A DNA stretch of 64,000 bases, from assembly GCA_035063585.1 (NCBI GenBank), contig JAPSGB010000009.1:1-64000 (forward strand). Reading direction: 5' to 3'. Position 1 is the first letter of the stretch. Every line of letters begins with the position of its first letter. Made by a program: the position numbers and the translations under genes. The notes below the pieces were generated by a model. That model was not told the origin of the DNA. It made no database searches and worked only from the letters and a program-made list of their open reading frames with translations. This DNA comes from Polyangiaceae bacterium. GTDB taxonomy: Bacteria > Myxococcota_A > Polyangia > Polyangiales > Polyangiaceae. This document shows positions 27,446-37,433 of this stretch, piece after piece.

Positions 27446-27973
27446 ATGCAGCGCAACCTCGCCTCGCTCCTGCTCCAGTACGCCCGGCTCGACCGCAAGC
27501 GGAGCCACGACGGGCTGAACGCGTCCGAGGCGGAGCTGCTCGCGAAGCTGAACCGCTACCTCTCGAACGCGCTCATGCCGAACGTGCCGCCGGGTGCCGA
27601 GCGCCGCACCTCGATCCGCGTGCCCGCGGAGCTCCCTTGCCGTTGGGCGCCCGTGGCCCGGCGCGAGGACGGCCGCATCACCACCCTCTCGCGCACGGGC
27701 GCCTTCATCCGCACCTCCACGCCGGCGCCCGTCGGCCAGGAGATCTCGATCGAGATCCAGCTCCCGGCCGGGGGCACGCTCGAGGTACCGGGCTCGGTGG
27801 CGAACCAGCGGCTCGGCGCGGATCCGGAACGCTGCGGCATGGGCGTCCGCTTCGGGCGCATGGCGCGCGAGGCCATGGATCGCATCGACGGCCTCTACGA
27901 GCACTCGATCCTGCGCGAGTACGGGACCCCGGACGGCTCCGGAAAGCCCGACGACGACGCTACTTCGGAATGA
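27446..27973 (+). CDS. PilZ domain protein
   Basis: ERRTSIR (RxxxR), TLSRTGAF, GMGVRF. Confidence 0.8.
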   Translation: MQRNLASLLLQYARLDRKRSHDGLNASEAELLAKLNRYLSNALMPNVPPGAERRTSIRVPAELPCRWAPVARREDGRITTLSRTGAFIRTSTPAPVGQEISIEIQLPAGGTLEVPGSVANQRLGADPERCGMGVRFGRMAREAMDRIDGLYEHSILREYGTPDGSGKPDDDATSE

Positions 27974-28451
27974 GGCCGTCGAGGGCGTCGACGGTGAGCC
28001 CGCTCCCGACCTCGAGCTTGACCAGATCGCCGTCGATCATGCCGTAGCGAAAGCCGATCGCCGGGGTGCCGACGCGGCGCGCGAGGTCGAGCGGGACCGG
28101 CGCCGGCACGACACCGACCGGCAGCGGCAGGCCGACCGTGTAGCGCTTGCGCGGGTGGCCGCGCGTGAGGCAGCGGCCCTCGCGCTTGAGCAGCCCCGGC
28201 GGGCACTTCCCCTTGCCGTACTCCTTGACGGCCCAGGCTTCGAAGTGATCGCGATCGCGGATCGTGAAGCGCAGCGAGGGATCGACGTGCTCGGGCACCC
28301 GGCGCGGGCCGCTCGGCGGCTCGAAGCTCGGTGCCTGCCGGGACGGCACGTTCGCGCCGGGATCGGCCGGGTCGCGCGGCTGGCCGAGCGCCGCGCCCGC
28401 GACCCCCAGGAGCAGCGCTCCCGCCAGACACGCGATCGCGTGGCTCTGCAT
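27960..28451 (-). CDS. Exported protein with CPPGL motif (RcnB-like)
   Basis: Signal peptide; CPPGLLK..C; G.PLP..P..L..P..G.RY..IDGDLV. Confidence 0.65.
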   Translation of the reverse strand: MQSHAIACLAGALLLGVAGAALGQPRDPADPGANVPSRQAPSFEPPSGPRRVPEHVDPSLRFTIRDRDHFEAWAVKEYGKGKCPPGLLKREGRCLTRGHPRKRYTVGLPLPVGVVPAPVPLDLARRVGTPAIGFRYGMIDGDLVKLEVGSGLTVDALDGLIPK

Positions 28452-28456
28452 GCCGA

Positions 28457-29221
28457 TCAGAAGCCCTCGGCGCGGTGGATGTTCCACCAGACCAGGCGCG
28501 GCAGGTGGCGGCGCAGCCACACCACCGCCGCGGCGTTGCGGTCGGGGAACACCATCAGGCGGCCGCGCTCGAGGTCGCGCTCGATCGCGTCGAGCACCGT
28601 CTCGGGCGCGATCGGCGGTTGCAGCGCCAGCACCTTCGGCTGCGACTTGGCCTGGTCGAGGAGCGGGGTCGCGACCGGGGGCGGACAGACGCAGGCGAAG
28701 CGCACGCCGCGGCCGCGGTTCTCGTGGGCGAGCACCTCGGTGAAGGCCACCACCGCGAACTTCGAGGCGTTGTAGGCGCCGAAGTGCAGGGCCGGCAGCC
28801 AGCCCGCCACCGAGGCGAAGTTCACGAGGTCGCCGCGCCGGCGCTCGAGCATCCCCGGCAGCACCGCGAAGGTCACGTTCACCGTTCCGCCGTAGTTGAT
28901 CGCCATGATCCGGTTCACGAGCTCCGGATCCTGCGCGAGCAGCCGCTCGGTCGGCATGATCGCGGCGGCGTTCAGGACCCGGTCGATCGGCCCGAGCTCG
29001 GTCTCGGCGGCGCGCACCGCCTCGGCCACCGCGCGCGCATCGGTCACGTCGACCGCGAAGGTGCGGATCCGCTCGTCGTCGCCGCGCGTCTCGCGCAGGC
29101 CGGGCTCGTTCACGTCGAACGCGGCCACCCGGGCGCCGCCCGCCGCGAGCCGCCGCGCCGACAGGCGCCCCATGCCGCTCGCCGCGCCCGTCACGAGCGC
29201 GACCTTGCCGTGGAATGCCAT
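28457..29221 (-). CDS. Short-chain dehydrogenase/reductase
   Basis: TGAASGMG, YNASK. Confidence 0.92.
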   Translation of the reverse strand: MAFHGKVALVTGAASGMGRLSARRLAAGGARVAAFDVNEPGLRETRGDDERIRTFAVDVTDARAVAEAVRAAETELGPIDRVLNAAAIMPTERLLAQDPELVNRIMAINYGGTVNVTFAVLPGMLERRRGDLVNFASVAGWLPALHFGAYNASKFAVVAFTEVLAHENRGRGVRFACVCPPPVATPLLDQAKSQPKVLALQPPIAPETVLDAIERDLERGRLMVFPDRNAAAVVWLRRHLPRLVWWNIHRAEGF

Positions 29222-29352
29222 GGTCGATCCTCCCGGGGGCGCTGGAGGAGGCATTCTCGGCCGTCCCGCCCGGAACTTCAATCCGGGGCCCGGGCACGCG
29301 GGCCCTCGCGCGCGCCCTCGCGTACGATGCCGGTCGAGCAGGAGGTGCCCGC

Positions 29353-30357
29353 GTGCAGATCGGCCTGGTCCTGACCGCCGGCTCGGCGCGCGCCGACGTG
29401 GAGCTCGCCAAGCGCGCCGAGGCGGCCGGCTTCGACGCGGTCTTCACGATCGAGTTCTTCAACCGCCACGGCTACGTGCCGCTCGGCGCGATCGCCGAGG
29501 CCACGCGCCGGGTGCGCCTCGGCACGGCGATCGCCAACGCCTTCACCCGCACGCCGCTGCTCCACGCCGCCGCCGCCCTCGACCTCGACGACCTCTCGGG
29601 CGGGCGCGCGATCCTGGGCCTCGGCAGCGCCACGCGGCGCATGAACGAAGACTGGTACGACGTGCGCTTCGCCGCGCCGGCCGCGCGCATGGAGGAGCTG
29701 GTGCGCCTGCTGCGCGCCGCGCTCGAGCAGCGCGGCATGGGCTTCCGCTGGCAGGGCGAGCACTGGACGCTCGAGGTTCCGATGTACGCCCACCCCGCGC
29801 CCCGGGGGCCGATCCCGATCTGGGTCGCCGCCGTGAACCGCGGCATGATCGCCACCGCCGGCCGCGCCGCCGACGGCCTCGTGGGCCACCCGGTCGCGAC
29901 GCGCCGCTGGCACCGCGAGGTGACCCTGCCCGGCCTGCGCGCGGCCGAGGCGCAGGCGGGCCGCCCGGCCGGTGCCTGCGCGCTGGCGCCCTACGTCGTG
30001 ACCTCGCTCGCGAACACGCGCGAGGAGGCGGTGCGCAACGCGAAGGGCCAGATCGGCTTCTACTTCACGACCGAGATCTACCACTCGATCCTCGACCACC
30101 ACGGCCTGCGCGCGGTGGGCGCCGCCTGCCGCGCGGCCTTCCGCCAGCGCGACTTCGCGGGCCTCGCCGCCGCCGTGCCCGACGCGCTCGTGGACGAGAT
30201 CGCGATCGCCTGTACGCCCGACGAGGCGCGCGACCGGCTCGCGGAGTGGAAGGACCTGACGGACTTCGCGCTCCTCTACGCGCCGACCGTCGGGGTGGGC
30301 CCCGAGGCCGCGCGCGAGAACCTCGAGCGGATCCTCGCGAGCTTCGGGCGCGGCTGA
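29353..30357 (+). CDS. LLM-class flavin/F420-dependent oxidoreductase
   Basis: AEAAGFD, T.RVRLGTAI..RTP, LSGGR.ILGLG, IPIW.AA, ADG. Confidence 0.88.
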   Translation: MQIGLVLTAGSARADVELAKRAEAAGFDAVFTIEFFNRHGYVPLGAIAEATRRVRLGTAIANAFTRTPLLHAAAALDLDDLSGGRAILGLGSATRRMNEDWYDVRFAAPAARMEELVRLLRAALEQRGMGFRWQGEHWTLEVPMYAHPAPRGPIPIWVAAVNRGMIATAGRAADGLVGHPVATRRWHREVTLPGLRAAEAQAGRPAGACALAPYVVTSLANTREEAVRNAKGQIGFYFTTEIYHSILDHHGLRAVGAACRAAFRQRDFAGLAAAVPDALVDEIAIACTPDEARDRLAEWKDLTDFALLYAPTVGVGPEAARENLERILASFGRG

Positions 30358-30414
30358 AGGCTCGCGAGCTCCTCCGCGCGCGCCCTCGCCGCATTCGCTA
30401 GCCTGCGATCGTTC

Positions 30415-31650
30415 GTGCAGCGCAACCCCGTGACGATCCAGATCCAGACCGAAACGCCAGGGACGGCCGCAGCCGCCCGCCCGCACCCCTTCTGGGGCCG
30501 GGCCTTCCGCCCCTTCTTCCTGGGGGTCGGCGTCTTCGGCTTCGTCTTCACGCTCGCCTGGACCGCGATCTGGCGCGGCGCGCTCGGCGCGCCCGTCTGG
30601 CTCCCGCTTCCCTGGTGGCACGCGCACGAGATGCTCTTCGGCCTGGTGGCCGCCGCGATCAGCGGCTTCGCGCTGACGGCGGTGGCGGTCTGGACCGGAA
30701 GGCCGGCCCTGTGCGGGCGGCCGCTCGCGGCGCTCTTCGGGGTCTGGGTGCTGGGCCGGCTCGCGATGGCGGGCGCCGGACACCTGCCCGCGGCGCTCGT
30801 CGCGGCCGTCGATCTCGCCTTCCTCCCGCTCGCCCTGGCCTCGTTCCTGCGCTCGCTCTGGGGCACCGGCCAGTGGCGCAACTACGGTGTCGCCGCGCTG
30901 CTCGCCGCGCTCACCCTCGCCAACGCCGCCGTGCACGCGCAGGCGCTCGGCCTCAGCGAGGCCTCCGCGCCGCGCGCGCTGCGCTTCGCCGTCGATCTCG
31001 TCGTCACCCTGATCGTCGTGATCGGGGGCCGCATCACGCCGGGCTTCACCACCAACGCGCTGCTCCGGGCCGGGATCCCCGCGCGCGCACAGTCGCGGCC
31101 CCGGCTCGACCAGCTCGCCGTCGCCGCGGTCGTCGCCCTGGCGGCCGGAGACCTCCTCGTGCCGCGCAGCACCGCCACCGGCCTGCTCGCCGCCGCCGGC
31201 GCGCTCACCGTGGCGGCGCGCATGTCGGGCTGGAAGACGCTCCACACCCTGCGCGATCCCCTCGTCTGGTCGCTGCACGCCGGGATGGCCTGGGTCGTGA
31301 TCGGCCTGCTCCTCGTCGCCGCCAGCGACCTCGGCGCCCCCGTCGCGCCGGCGGCCGGCCTCCACGCCCTCACCGCCGGAGCGATGGGCTCGATGATCCT
31401 CGCCGTGGTGACGCGCGTCTCCCTCGGCCACACCGGGCGTCCCCTCGTGCTGCCGCGCGGCGCCGTCGCGATCTACGGCCTCGTCCACGCGGGCGCCGCC
31501 CTCCGCGTGCTGGCGGCGCTTGCCCTTGCCGGCGATCCGCTCTCGTGGCTGCTCGTCGCGGGCCTGCTCTGGGCGTCGGCCTTCGGCCTCTTCGCCGTCC
31601 TCTACGGCGCGATCCTCCTCGGCCCTCGCGCCGACGGGAACCCCGGCTAG
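30415..31650 (+). CDS. nnrS: NnrS family membrane protein
   Basis: FRPFFL, WHAHEMLFG, GF.LTAV..WTG, GGRITP.FT, LHAL..G, RVSLGHTGRPL. Confidence 0.93.
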   Translation: MQRNPVTIQIQTETPGTAAAARPHPFWGRAFRPFFLGVGVFGFVFTLAWTAIWRGALGAPVWLPLPWWHAHEMLFGLVAAAISGFALTAVAVWTGRPALCGRPLAALFGVWVLGRLAMAGAGHLPAALVAAVDLAFLPLALASFLRSLWGTGQWRNYGVAALLAALTLANAAVHAQALGLSEASAPRALRFAVDLVVTLIVVIGGRITPGFTTNALLRAGIPARAQSRPRLDQLAVAAVVALAAGDLLVPRSTATGLLAAAGALTVAARMSGWKTLHTLRDPLVWSLHAGMAWVVIGLLLVAASDLGAPVAPAAGLHALTAGAMGSMILAVVTRVSLGHTGRPLVLPRGAVAIYGLVHAGAALRVLAALALAGDPLSWLLVAGLLWASAFGLFAVLYGAILLGPRADGNPG

Positions 31651-31653
31651 CCG

Positions 31654-32085
31654 GTGAAGCGCCACCCGCACCTCGAGCCACTCTCGGACGACCACCATCG
31701 CTCCCTGGTGCTGGCGCGGCGCATCCGCCTGGCCGTGCGCGAGGAGCCGGGCCACGAGCCCCTGACGCAGTTCTGGGACGAGATGCGCCGGCTCTTCGCG
31801 AGCGAGCTCGAGCCGCACTTCCGGGTCGAGGAGGAGCAGCTCTTCCCCGCGCTCGAGGCAGCCGGCGAGCACGCCCTCGCCGAGCGCGGCCGCCGCGAGC
31901 ACGCCCGCCTCCGCGCGCTCGGCCGCCGCGCGCCGGACCCGGCCGTCGCCGCCGAGCTCGGCGAGCTCCTGCACCACCACGTCCGCTTCGAGGAGCGCGA
32001 GCTCTTCCCGCGCGCGGAGGCCGTGCTGCCGGATGCCGTCCTGGAGGCGGCCGGGAAGGCGGCCCTCGCCGCCCGGGAGGCGTGA
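31654..32085 (+). CDS. Hemerythrin-like domain protein
   Basis: LS.DHH, HF..EE..LFP, EH, H.RFEERELFP. Confidence 0.88.
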   Translation: MKRHPHLEPLSDDHHRSLVLARRIRLAVREEPGHEPLTQFWDEMRRLFASELEPHFRVEEEQLFPALEAAGEHALAERGRREHARLRALGRRAPDPAVAAELGELLHHHVRFEERELFPRAEAVLPDAVLEAAGKAALAAREA

Positions 32086-32094
32086 GCGGCGGGA

Positions 32095-33210
32095 TCAGGC
32101 CGCCTGCTGCTCCTTGCGGATCGTCGCGAGCAGCGCGTCGTAGGAGCCTGCGAACTTCCGGACGCCCTCCTCCTCGAGCTCGCGCGTCACCCCGTCGAAG
32201 TCGATCCCGAGCTCGCGGAGCGCCGCGAGCGCGCGGTGTGCTTCGTCGAGGCCGTCGTGGATCCGGATCGCCGGCCGGCCGTGCTCGCGGAAGGCGCGCA
32301 GCGTGGCGGGCGGCAGCGTGTCGACGCTGTCGGGCGCGATCAGGTGCTCGACGTAGTAGACGTCCGGGAAGGCCGGGTCCTTGGTCGAGGTCGAGGCCCA
32401 GAGCGGGCGCTGGAGCCGTGCCCCGGCCGCCTCCAGGGCGGCGAAGCGCGGCGAGCGGAAGCGCGCCTCGAAGTGCTCGAAGGCGACCTTGGCGTTGGCG
32501 ATCCCGATCTGCCCCCGGAGCGCGCGGATCCGCTCCGGGGCCGGCCCGCCCTTTGCCGCGGCGAGCGCGTCGAGCCGGCCGTCGACCTTCGTGTCCACGC
32601 GGCTCACGAAGAAGCTCGCGACCGACGCCACGCGCTCCACGGGCAGGCGGCGCTCCACCCGCTCCTCGAGGGCGGCGAACCAGGCGTCGGCGACTTCCAG
32701 GTAGCGGCGCACCGAGAAGAGCAGCGTGACGTTCACGTTGATCCCCTCGGCCAGGCACTGCCGGATGGCCGGGATCCCCTCCCGGGTGCCGGGGATCTTC
32801 ACCATCACGTTCGGGCGCTCGCACGCCGTCCAGAGCCGGCGCACCTCCTCGATCGTTCCCGCCGTGTCGTGGGCCAGCGCCGGCCGCACCTCGATCGAGA
32901 CGAAGCCGTCGCGCCCCTGGCTGCGGTCGTAGAGCGAGCGGAAGTGGTCGGCGGCCTCGCGGACGTCGGCGACGGCGAGCTGCTCGAAGACGGCCGCGGG
33001 CGGCGCGCCGGGCGGGCAGGCGCGGATCCGCTCGTCGTAGAGATCGGTCTCGCTGATGGCCTTGTCGAAGATCGTCGGGTTCGAGGTGATGCCGGCCAGG
33101 CCGTCCTCCTCGATCAGGCGATCGAGCTCGGCCGCGAAGAGGTCGCGGCGGATGTAGTCGAGCCAGACCGACTGACCGAGCTCCCGGAGCTGGACGAGCG
33201 GGTTGCCCAC
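32095..33210 (-). CDS. tal: Transaldolase
   Basis: GQSVWLD, GITSNPTIF, VSIEV, VKIP.T.EG, NVTLLFS, SFFVSRVD, LWASTSTK. Confidence 0.95.
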   Translation of the reverse strand: MGNPLVQLRELGQSVWLDYIRRDLFAAELDRLIEEDGLAGITSNPTIFDKAISETDLYDERIRACPPGAPPAAVFEQLAVADVREAADHFRSLYDRSQGRDGFVSIEVRPALAHDTAGTIEEVRRLWTACERPNVMVKIPGTREGIPAIRQCLAEGINVNVTLLFSVRRYLEVADAWFAALEERVERRLPVERVASVASFFVSRVDTKVDGRLDALAAAKGGPAPERIRALRGQIGIANAKVAFEHFEARFRSPRFAALEAAGARLQRPLWASTSTKDPAFPDVYYVEHLIAPDSVDTLPPATLRAFREHGRPAIRIHDGLDEAHRALAALRELGIDFDGVTRELEEEGVRKFAGSYDALLATIRKEQQAA

Positions 33211-33224
33211 GGGGCGCGCCGCGC

Positions 33225-33653
33225 TCAGGTGGCCAGGTGCGCGTCGAGGGTGATCTCGATGCTGCCGAGCGCCTTCGAGACGGGGCAGCCGAGCTTCGTC
33301 GCCTCGGCGTGTTGCGCGAAGGTGGCCGCGTCGATCCGGGGCACGCGCGCCTCGCAGCTCAGGTGGCTCGAGCGGATCGCGAAGCCGCCGCCCGCGGGCT
33401 CGATCGTGACCCGCGCCTCGGCAACGATCCGCTCGGGCGTGAATCCCGCCTGCCCGAGCGCCAGCGAGAGGGCCATCGCGAAGCAGCCGGCGTGCGCCGC
33501 CGCGAGCAGCTCCTCCGGGTTCGACCCGCCGCCCGCCTCGAAGCGCGAGCCGAACGAGTAGGACGGCTCGCAGCTCCCGCTCTCGAGGCTGATCTTCCCG
33601 GATCCCTCCTTCAGGCTTCCCTCCCAGCTCGCTCGCGCCTTGCGGGTCGGCAT
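33225..33653 (-). CDS. osmC: OsmC family peroxiredoxin
   Basis: W.GSLKEG.G, SRFE, NPEELLAAAHAGCF, CPVSKAL; AGGAGG SD. Confidence 0.92.
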   Translation of the reverse strand: MPTRKARASWEGSLKEGSGKISLESGSCEPSYSFGSRFEAGGGSNPEELLAAAHAGCFAMALSLALGQAGFTPERIVAEARVTIEPAGGGFAIRSSHLSCEARVPRIDAATFAQHAEATKLGCPVSKALGSIEITLDAHLAT

Positions 33654-33815
33654 GACGGACACCTCCTCCTTCGGGAGCCCTGCCCGCACGCCTCCGTGCG
33701 CGCGTTTCAAAGCTCCATTCGCAGCATATGTTTTCCCCGGTCGCTGACAAGCGGAGCGCGCGGCCGGAGGGGGCGGGCAGCGCGACGGGGCCGTAACCGG
33801 GCCGGTCGAAGCCAT

Positions 33816-34145
33816 TCAGTGCTGGGTATCCCCGGCGCGGCGCATGTCCCAGGGCGTCCCCTCCCAGCCGGAGATCACGCCATGGTCGTCGCACACGGGG
33901 CACTCCCAGCGGATGCGCGTATCGGCGTCGATGACCGCCACGATCCGGCCCGTGCAGAGCCGCCGGCGCGGGCGCCGGCGGCAGCGCACCTGGGTCCGCG
34001 CGATGGTCTCGCGCGGCAGATCGCTCATCGCGACCACGATCGCGCCGAAGTGATCGGCGAGCCGCCGCGCCGGCCCGGGGAGATCCGGGAAGCCGCCGGT
34101 CTCGTCGAGGAAGTGCCGGACGTCCGTGACCCAGGTATTCCGCAC
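33816..34145 (-). CDS. Small hypothetical protein with four Cys (possible Zn-binding)
   Basis: CRRRP..LC and WECPVC..G.ISGW..TPWD; composition unlike the shadow ORFs. Confidence 0.6.
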   Translation of the reverse strand: MRNTWVTDVRHFLDETGGFPDLPGPARRLADHFGAIVVAMSDLPRETIARTQVRCRRRPRRRLCTGRIVAVIDADTRIRWECPVCDDHGVISGWEGTPWDMRRAGDTQH

Positions 34146-34353
34146 GCGCTCGCCCCTCCGCCGTCACCGCCAGGCACGTCACGCAGTCGTCGAAGTCGTC
34201 GGGCTCCACCCTCGCGCAGCCCCGGGGCCCCGGCAAGTCGGGAGCCCCGGGCCGCGCGCCGGGCCGGGCACTCCGCGGACGAGGCCCACCCGGGCCAGCG
34301 GGCGCCCGGAGCCCCTCCGGGCCGCGATCGTGCGAAGGCGTGCCGGATCGGGG

Positions 34354-35289
34354 ATGATCCGGGGCATGCTGAGCGCCCGGCTGACCGGCAGCTATCGCGA
34401 GGACGGCCGCTACCCGTCGGCGATCGTCAACGTCACGAACTTCTGCAACCTCGCCTGCGCCCACTGCTTCGTCTTCCGCGACGGCAATCCGAACCAGGCG
34501 CCGCGCTCGATCCGCAGCGAGCCCGCCGACGCCGAGATCCTCGAGACCCTGCGCGCCCTGCGCGACCGCCACGGGATCGTCTCGATGCTCTGGATGGGCG
34601 GGGAGCCGCTGCTCAAGCCCGGGCTCCTGGCGCAGGGCATCCCCCTCTTCGCGCGCAACACGGTGACCACCAACGGCACCGTGCCGCTCGTGGACTTCGG
34701 GCCCGAGGTCCTCTACGTCGTGAGCCTCGACGGCCCCGAGGACCTGAACGACCGCCTGCGCGGCGAGGGCACCTACCGGCGCGTGATGAAGACGCTCGCC
34801 GGGATCCCCGCCGGCTTCCGCTCGCCCGTGCAGGTGCAGTGCGTGGTGACGCGCCGCAACCAGGACCGGCTCGAGGAGCTGGTCGAGGCCGTGCACGCGA
34901 CGCGCGCGGGCTGGATGACCTTCTCCTTCTACGTCCCGCGCGCCGGCGACTTCGGCGAGGACGCCTGGCCCGACAACAGCGCGCGCGCGGAGGCCGTGCA
35001 CGAGGTGATGCGGCTGCGCGCCGCGTACCCGGGCTTCGTCCGCAACACCCGCCGCTCGCTCGAGCTGATGCTGCCCGAGGCGGCCCGGCGCGTCACCGAC
35101 GCCTGTCCGGCAAAGCAGTTCGTGCTGCCGCTCTACCTGGAGCCCGAGGGCTTCGTGACGCCCTTCTGCTGCTACGGCAACGACGTCGACTGCGAGCGCT
35201 GCGGCGCGTGGGTGGTGTTCCATCTCGCCGCGCGCCTCGAGGCCGGCCCGGCGCGAGGCGGGGCCGCGGCCGAGCCCGCGGCCCCGTGA
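34354..35289 (+). CDS. Radical SAM protein with C-terminal Cys cluster
   Basis: CNLACAHC, GGEPLL, TTNGT, VSLDG; CP..FCCYG..DCERCG. Confidence 0.9.
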   Translation: MIRGMLSARLTGSYREDGRYPSAIVNVTNFCNLACAHCFVFRDGNPNQAPRSIRSEPADAEILETLRALRDRHGIVSMLWMGGEPLLKPGLLAQGIPLFARNTVTTNGTVPLVDFGPEVLYVVSLDGPEDLNDRLRGEGTYRRVMKTLAGIPAGFRSPVQVQCVVTRRNQDRLEELVEAVHATRAGWMTFSFYVPRAGDFGEDAWPDNSARAEAVHEVMRLRAAYPGFVRNTRRSLELMLPEAARRVTDACPAKQFVLPLYLEPEGFVTPFCCYGNDVDCERCGAWVVFHLAARLEAGPARGGAAAEPAAP

Positions 35290-35314
35290 GGCGCCGCCCG
35301 CGCGCGCGCGCCTC

Positions 35315-36346
35315 GTGAGCGCGGGGCCCGCGAAGCCCCGCCGCTACTGGGGCTTCCTGAACGCCCAGCCCGCCCCTGTGCTCGCGATGCTCGCGCGGCA
35401 GGCCGAGGCGCAGGGGCTGGCCGGCGTCTTCGCCGCCCAGGTCTACGGGCCACCCTTCGTACCGCTCGCGGCCGCCGCCATGGTGACCGAGCGCATCCAG
35501 CTCGCGAGCGGGATCGCGATCGCCGCGGCGCGCAGCCCCTTCGAGACCGCGATGGCGGCGATCGATCTCGACCGGATCTCGGGCGGCCGCTTCGTACTGG
35601 GGCTCGGCGCGAGCGTGCTCTCGTGGACGCGCGACGTCTTCGGTGCGCCCGAGCACCGCCCGCTCGCGCACCTGCGCGAGACCGTCGCCGCCGTGCGTCA
35701 CGTGATCCGCGGCGCCCATCGCGGCCTCGAGCCCTTCGCCGGCACCTGGTACCGCGCCGGCTTCCGCGAGCTCCAGCCGTCGGCCCCGCCGCTGCGCGAG
35801 GAGATCCCGATCTGGATCGCCGCGCTCCGCGGCCCCGCCGTCCGGCTCGCCGCCGAGATCGCACAGGGGGTCATGGGGCATCCGATGTGGTCGATCGACT
35901 GGGCCGTCGAGCGCATGCAGCCCGACCTGCGCGCCGGCCTCGCCCGGGCCGGCCGCCGGCGCGAGGACATCGACCTGAACCTGTGGCTCTGGGTGGCGCC
36001 GAACCCGGACGAGGCCGAGGCGATCGAGGACGCGCGCCCGACGATCGCCTTCTACGCGGGCATCGCGCAGTACGAGTCCTTCTTCGAGGCGCACGGCTTC
36101 GGCGCGCAGGCGCGCCGGCTCCAGGAGGCCGTGAAGAGCCGCCGGGCGCTCGCCGCCGGCGCGCTCGTCCCCGACGACATGGTGCGCGCCTTCGTGCTGT
36201 GCGGAAAGCCCGACTCCGTGCGCGCGCGCATCGAGCGCGCCTGGACCGTCGCCGACTCGCTCTGCCTCGTGCCCCCCGCCTACGCCCTCCCGCCCGAGAA
36301 GCTCCTCTTCTACGGCCAGGCGATCGCCAAGCTCTTCTACGGCTGA
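35315..36346 (+). CDS. LLM-class flavin/F420-dependent oxidoreductase
   Basis: T.RIQLASGI..RSP, ISGGRFVLGLG, IPIWIAA. Confidence 0.86.
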   Translation: MSAGPAKPRRYWGFLNAQPAPVLAMLARQAEAQGLAGVFAAQVYGPPFVPLAAAAMVTERIQLASGIAIAAARSPFETAMAAIDLDRISGGRFVLGLGASVLSWTRDVFGAPEHRPLAHLRETVAAVRHVIRGAHRGLEPFAGTWYRAGFRELQPSAPPLREEIPIWIAALRGPAVRLAAEIAQGVMGHPMWSIDWAVERMQPDLRAGLARAGRRREDIDLNLWLWVAPNPDEAEAIEDARPTIAFYAGIAQYESFFEAHGFGAQARRLQEAVKSRRALAAGALVPDDMVRAFVLCGKPDSVRARIERAWTVADSLCLVPPAYALPPEKLLFYGQAIAKLFYG

Positions 36347-36439
36347 GCAGGCTCGCTCCGCCGGCCCGTGTTCACGAGGCGCCCGCGCATGCGCGCCGGC
36401 GGCGATGAGCGGGCTCCACGCCTCCTGCGATCGGGCCGC

Positions 36440-37171
36440 TCAGGTCCGCCGCGCCCAGCCCGCGATGAGCAGCGCCACCCCGATGGCCACGAGCGCGAGG
36501 GCACGCGGCTCCGGCACGGAGACCAGCTCGAGGAGGCCGAAACCCGCGAAGTTCCTGCCCCCCCGAGGTTGGTGAGGACCGTGAGCGGGCTCACCAGCAG
36601 GAGCCGCCCGGCGCCGCCGGGTGTCAGCTCGTTGCTCCCCGTCCGCACCTGCGGCGCGGTCGCCCCGGGCAGCCACACGCTGGCGGTGCCCGCGGTCCAC
36701 GTGTCCGAGATCGCGGTCAGGTTGATGCCGAGTTCGCTGCGGGTCTCGGTGACGGCGCCGCCGAGCCGGAGCGGGACGCTCCGGAGGACGAGGCTGTACG
36801 CCTGGAGGTCGTAGGGGCCCCGGAACGTGGCCGCCCCGCCGAGCGGGGAGCCCGTGAAGGCGCCCGCGTCGTTGCTGTCCATGTAGACGTAGATCCCGCT
36901 GATCGGTACGGCGGCGGGATCGGTGGCCGACGTGATCACGGTGCCGGCGAACGCGGTTCCGGCGTCCACGGTCGCCTCCAGGTTGCCCAGGGTCTGGCCG
37001 GTCGCCCCCGTGGCGGGGAAGGTGACCGCCGGCAGGGCACCGATCTCGACGCGCAGCTGCGCGGAGGTCAGCAAGCCCGCGGCGGCCGGGCCGGCGGCGA
37101 GCAGCGCCAGCGACGAGGAGGCGCGGGAGCCGGCCTCGTGCGCGCGGAGGTCCTGTGTGCCCGCTGCCCAT
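36440..37171 (-). pseudogene. PEP-CTERM protein split across two frames (frameshifts or sequencing errors)
   Basis: Mature domain in the 36337..37224 frame; N-terminus and VPEPRALAL..WARR tail in the 36440..37171 frame; switches near 37113 and at a C7 run (36558-36564). Confidence 0.7.
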
Positions 37172-37433
37172 CGCTGATTCCTCCCCGCTCTCGCCCCCGG
37201 GCGCTCTACCATGACCGCGGGCACCAGGGGAAGCGCGGACTCCGCCGGCCAGCCGCCGCCCGGACCGAAGCCCCGGCCGCGGCGCGAGGATGAGGCGGAC
37301 AGGTCCGGCGTCGCGACCGGTCCGGACGGGAACCCGCGTCTACCGGGTGCTCCGGCGCCTACCGGGGCGGGATGGCGACCCGCTGGAACGGTGCAACGCG
37401 CAAACCTGCTGCCGGAAGTGGGTCAGAGGGCCT

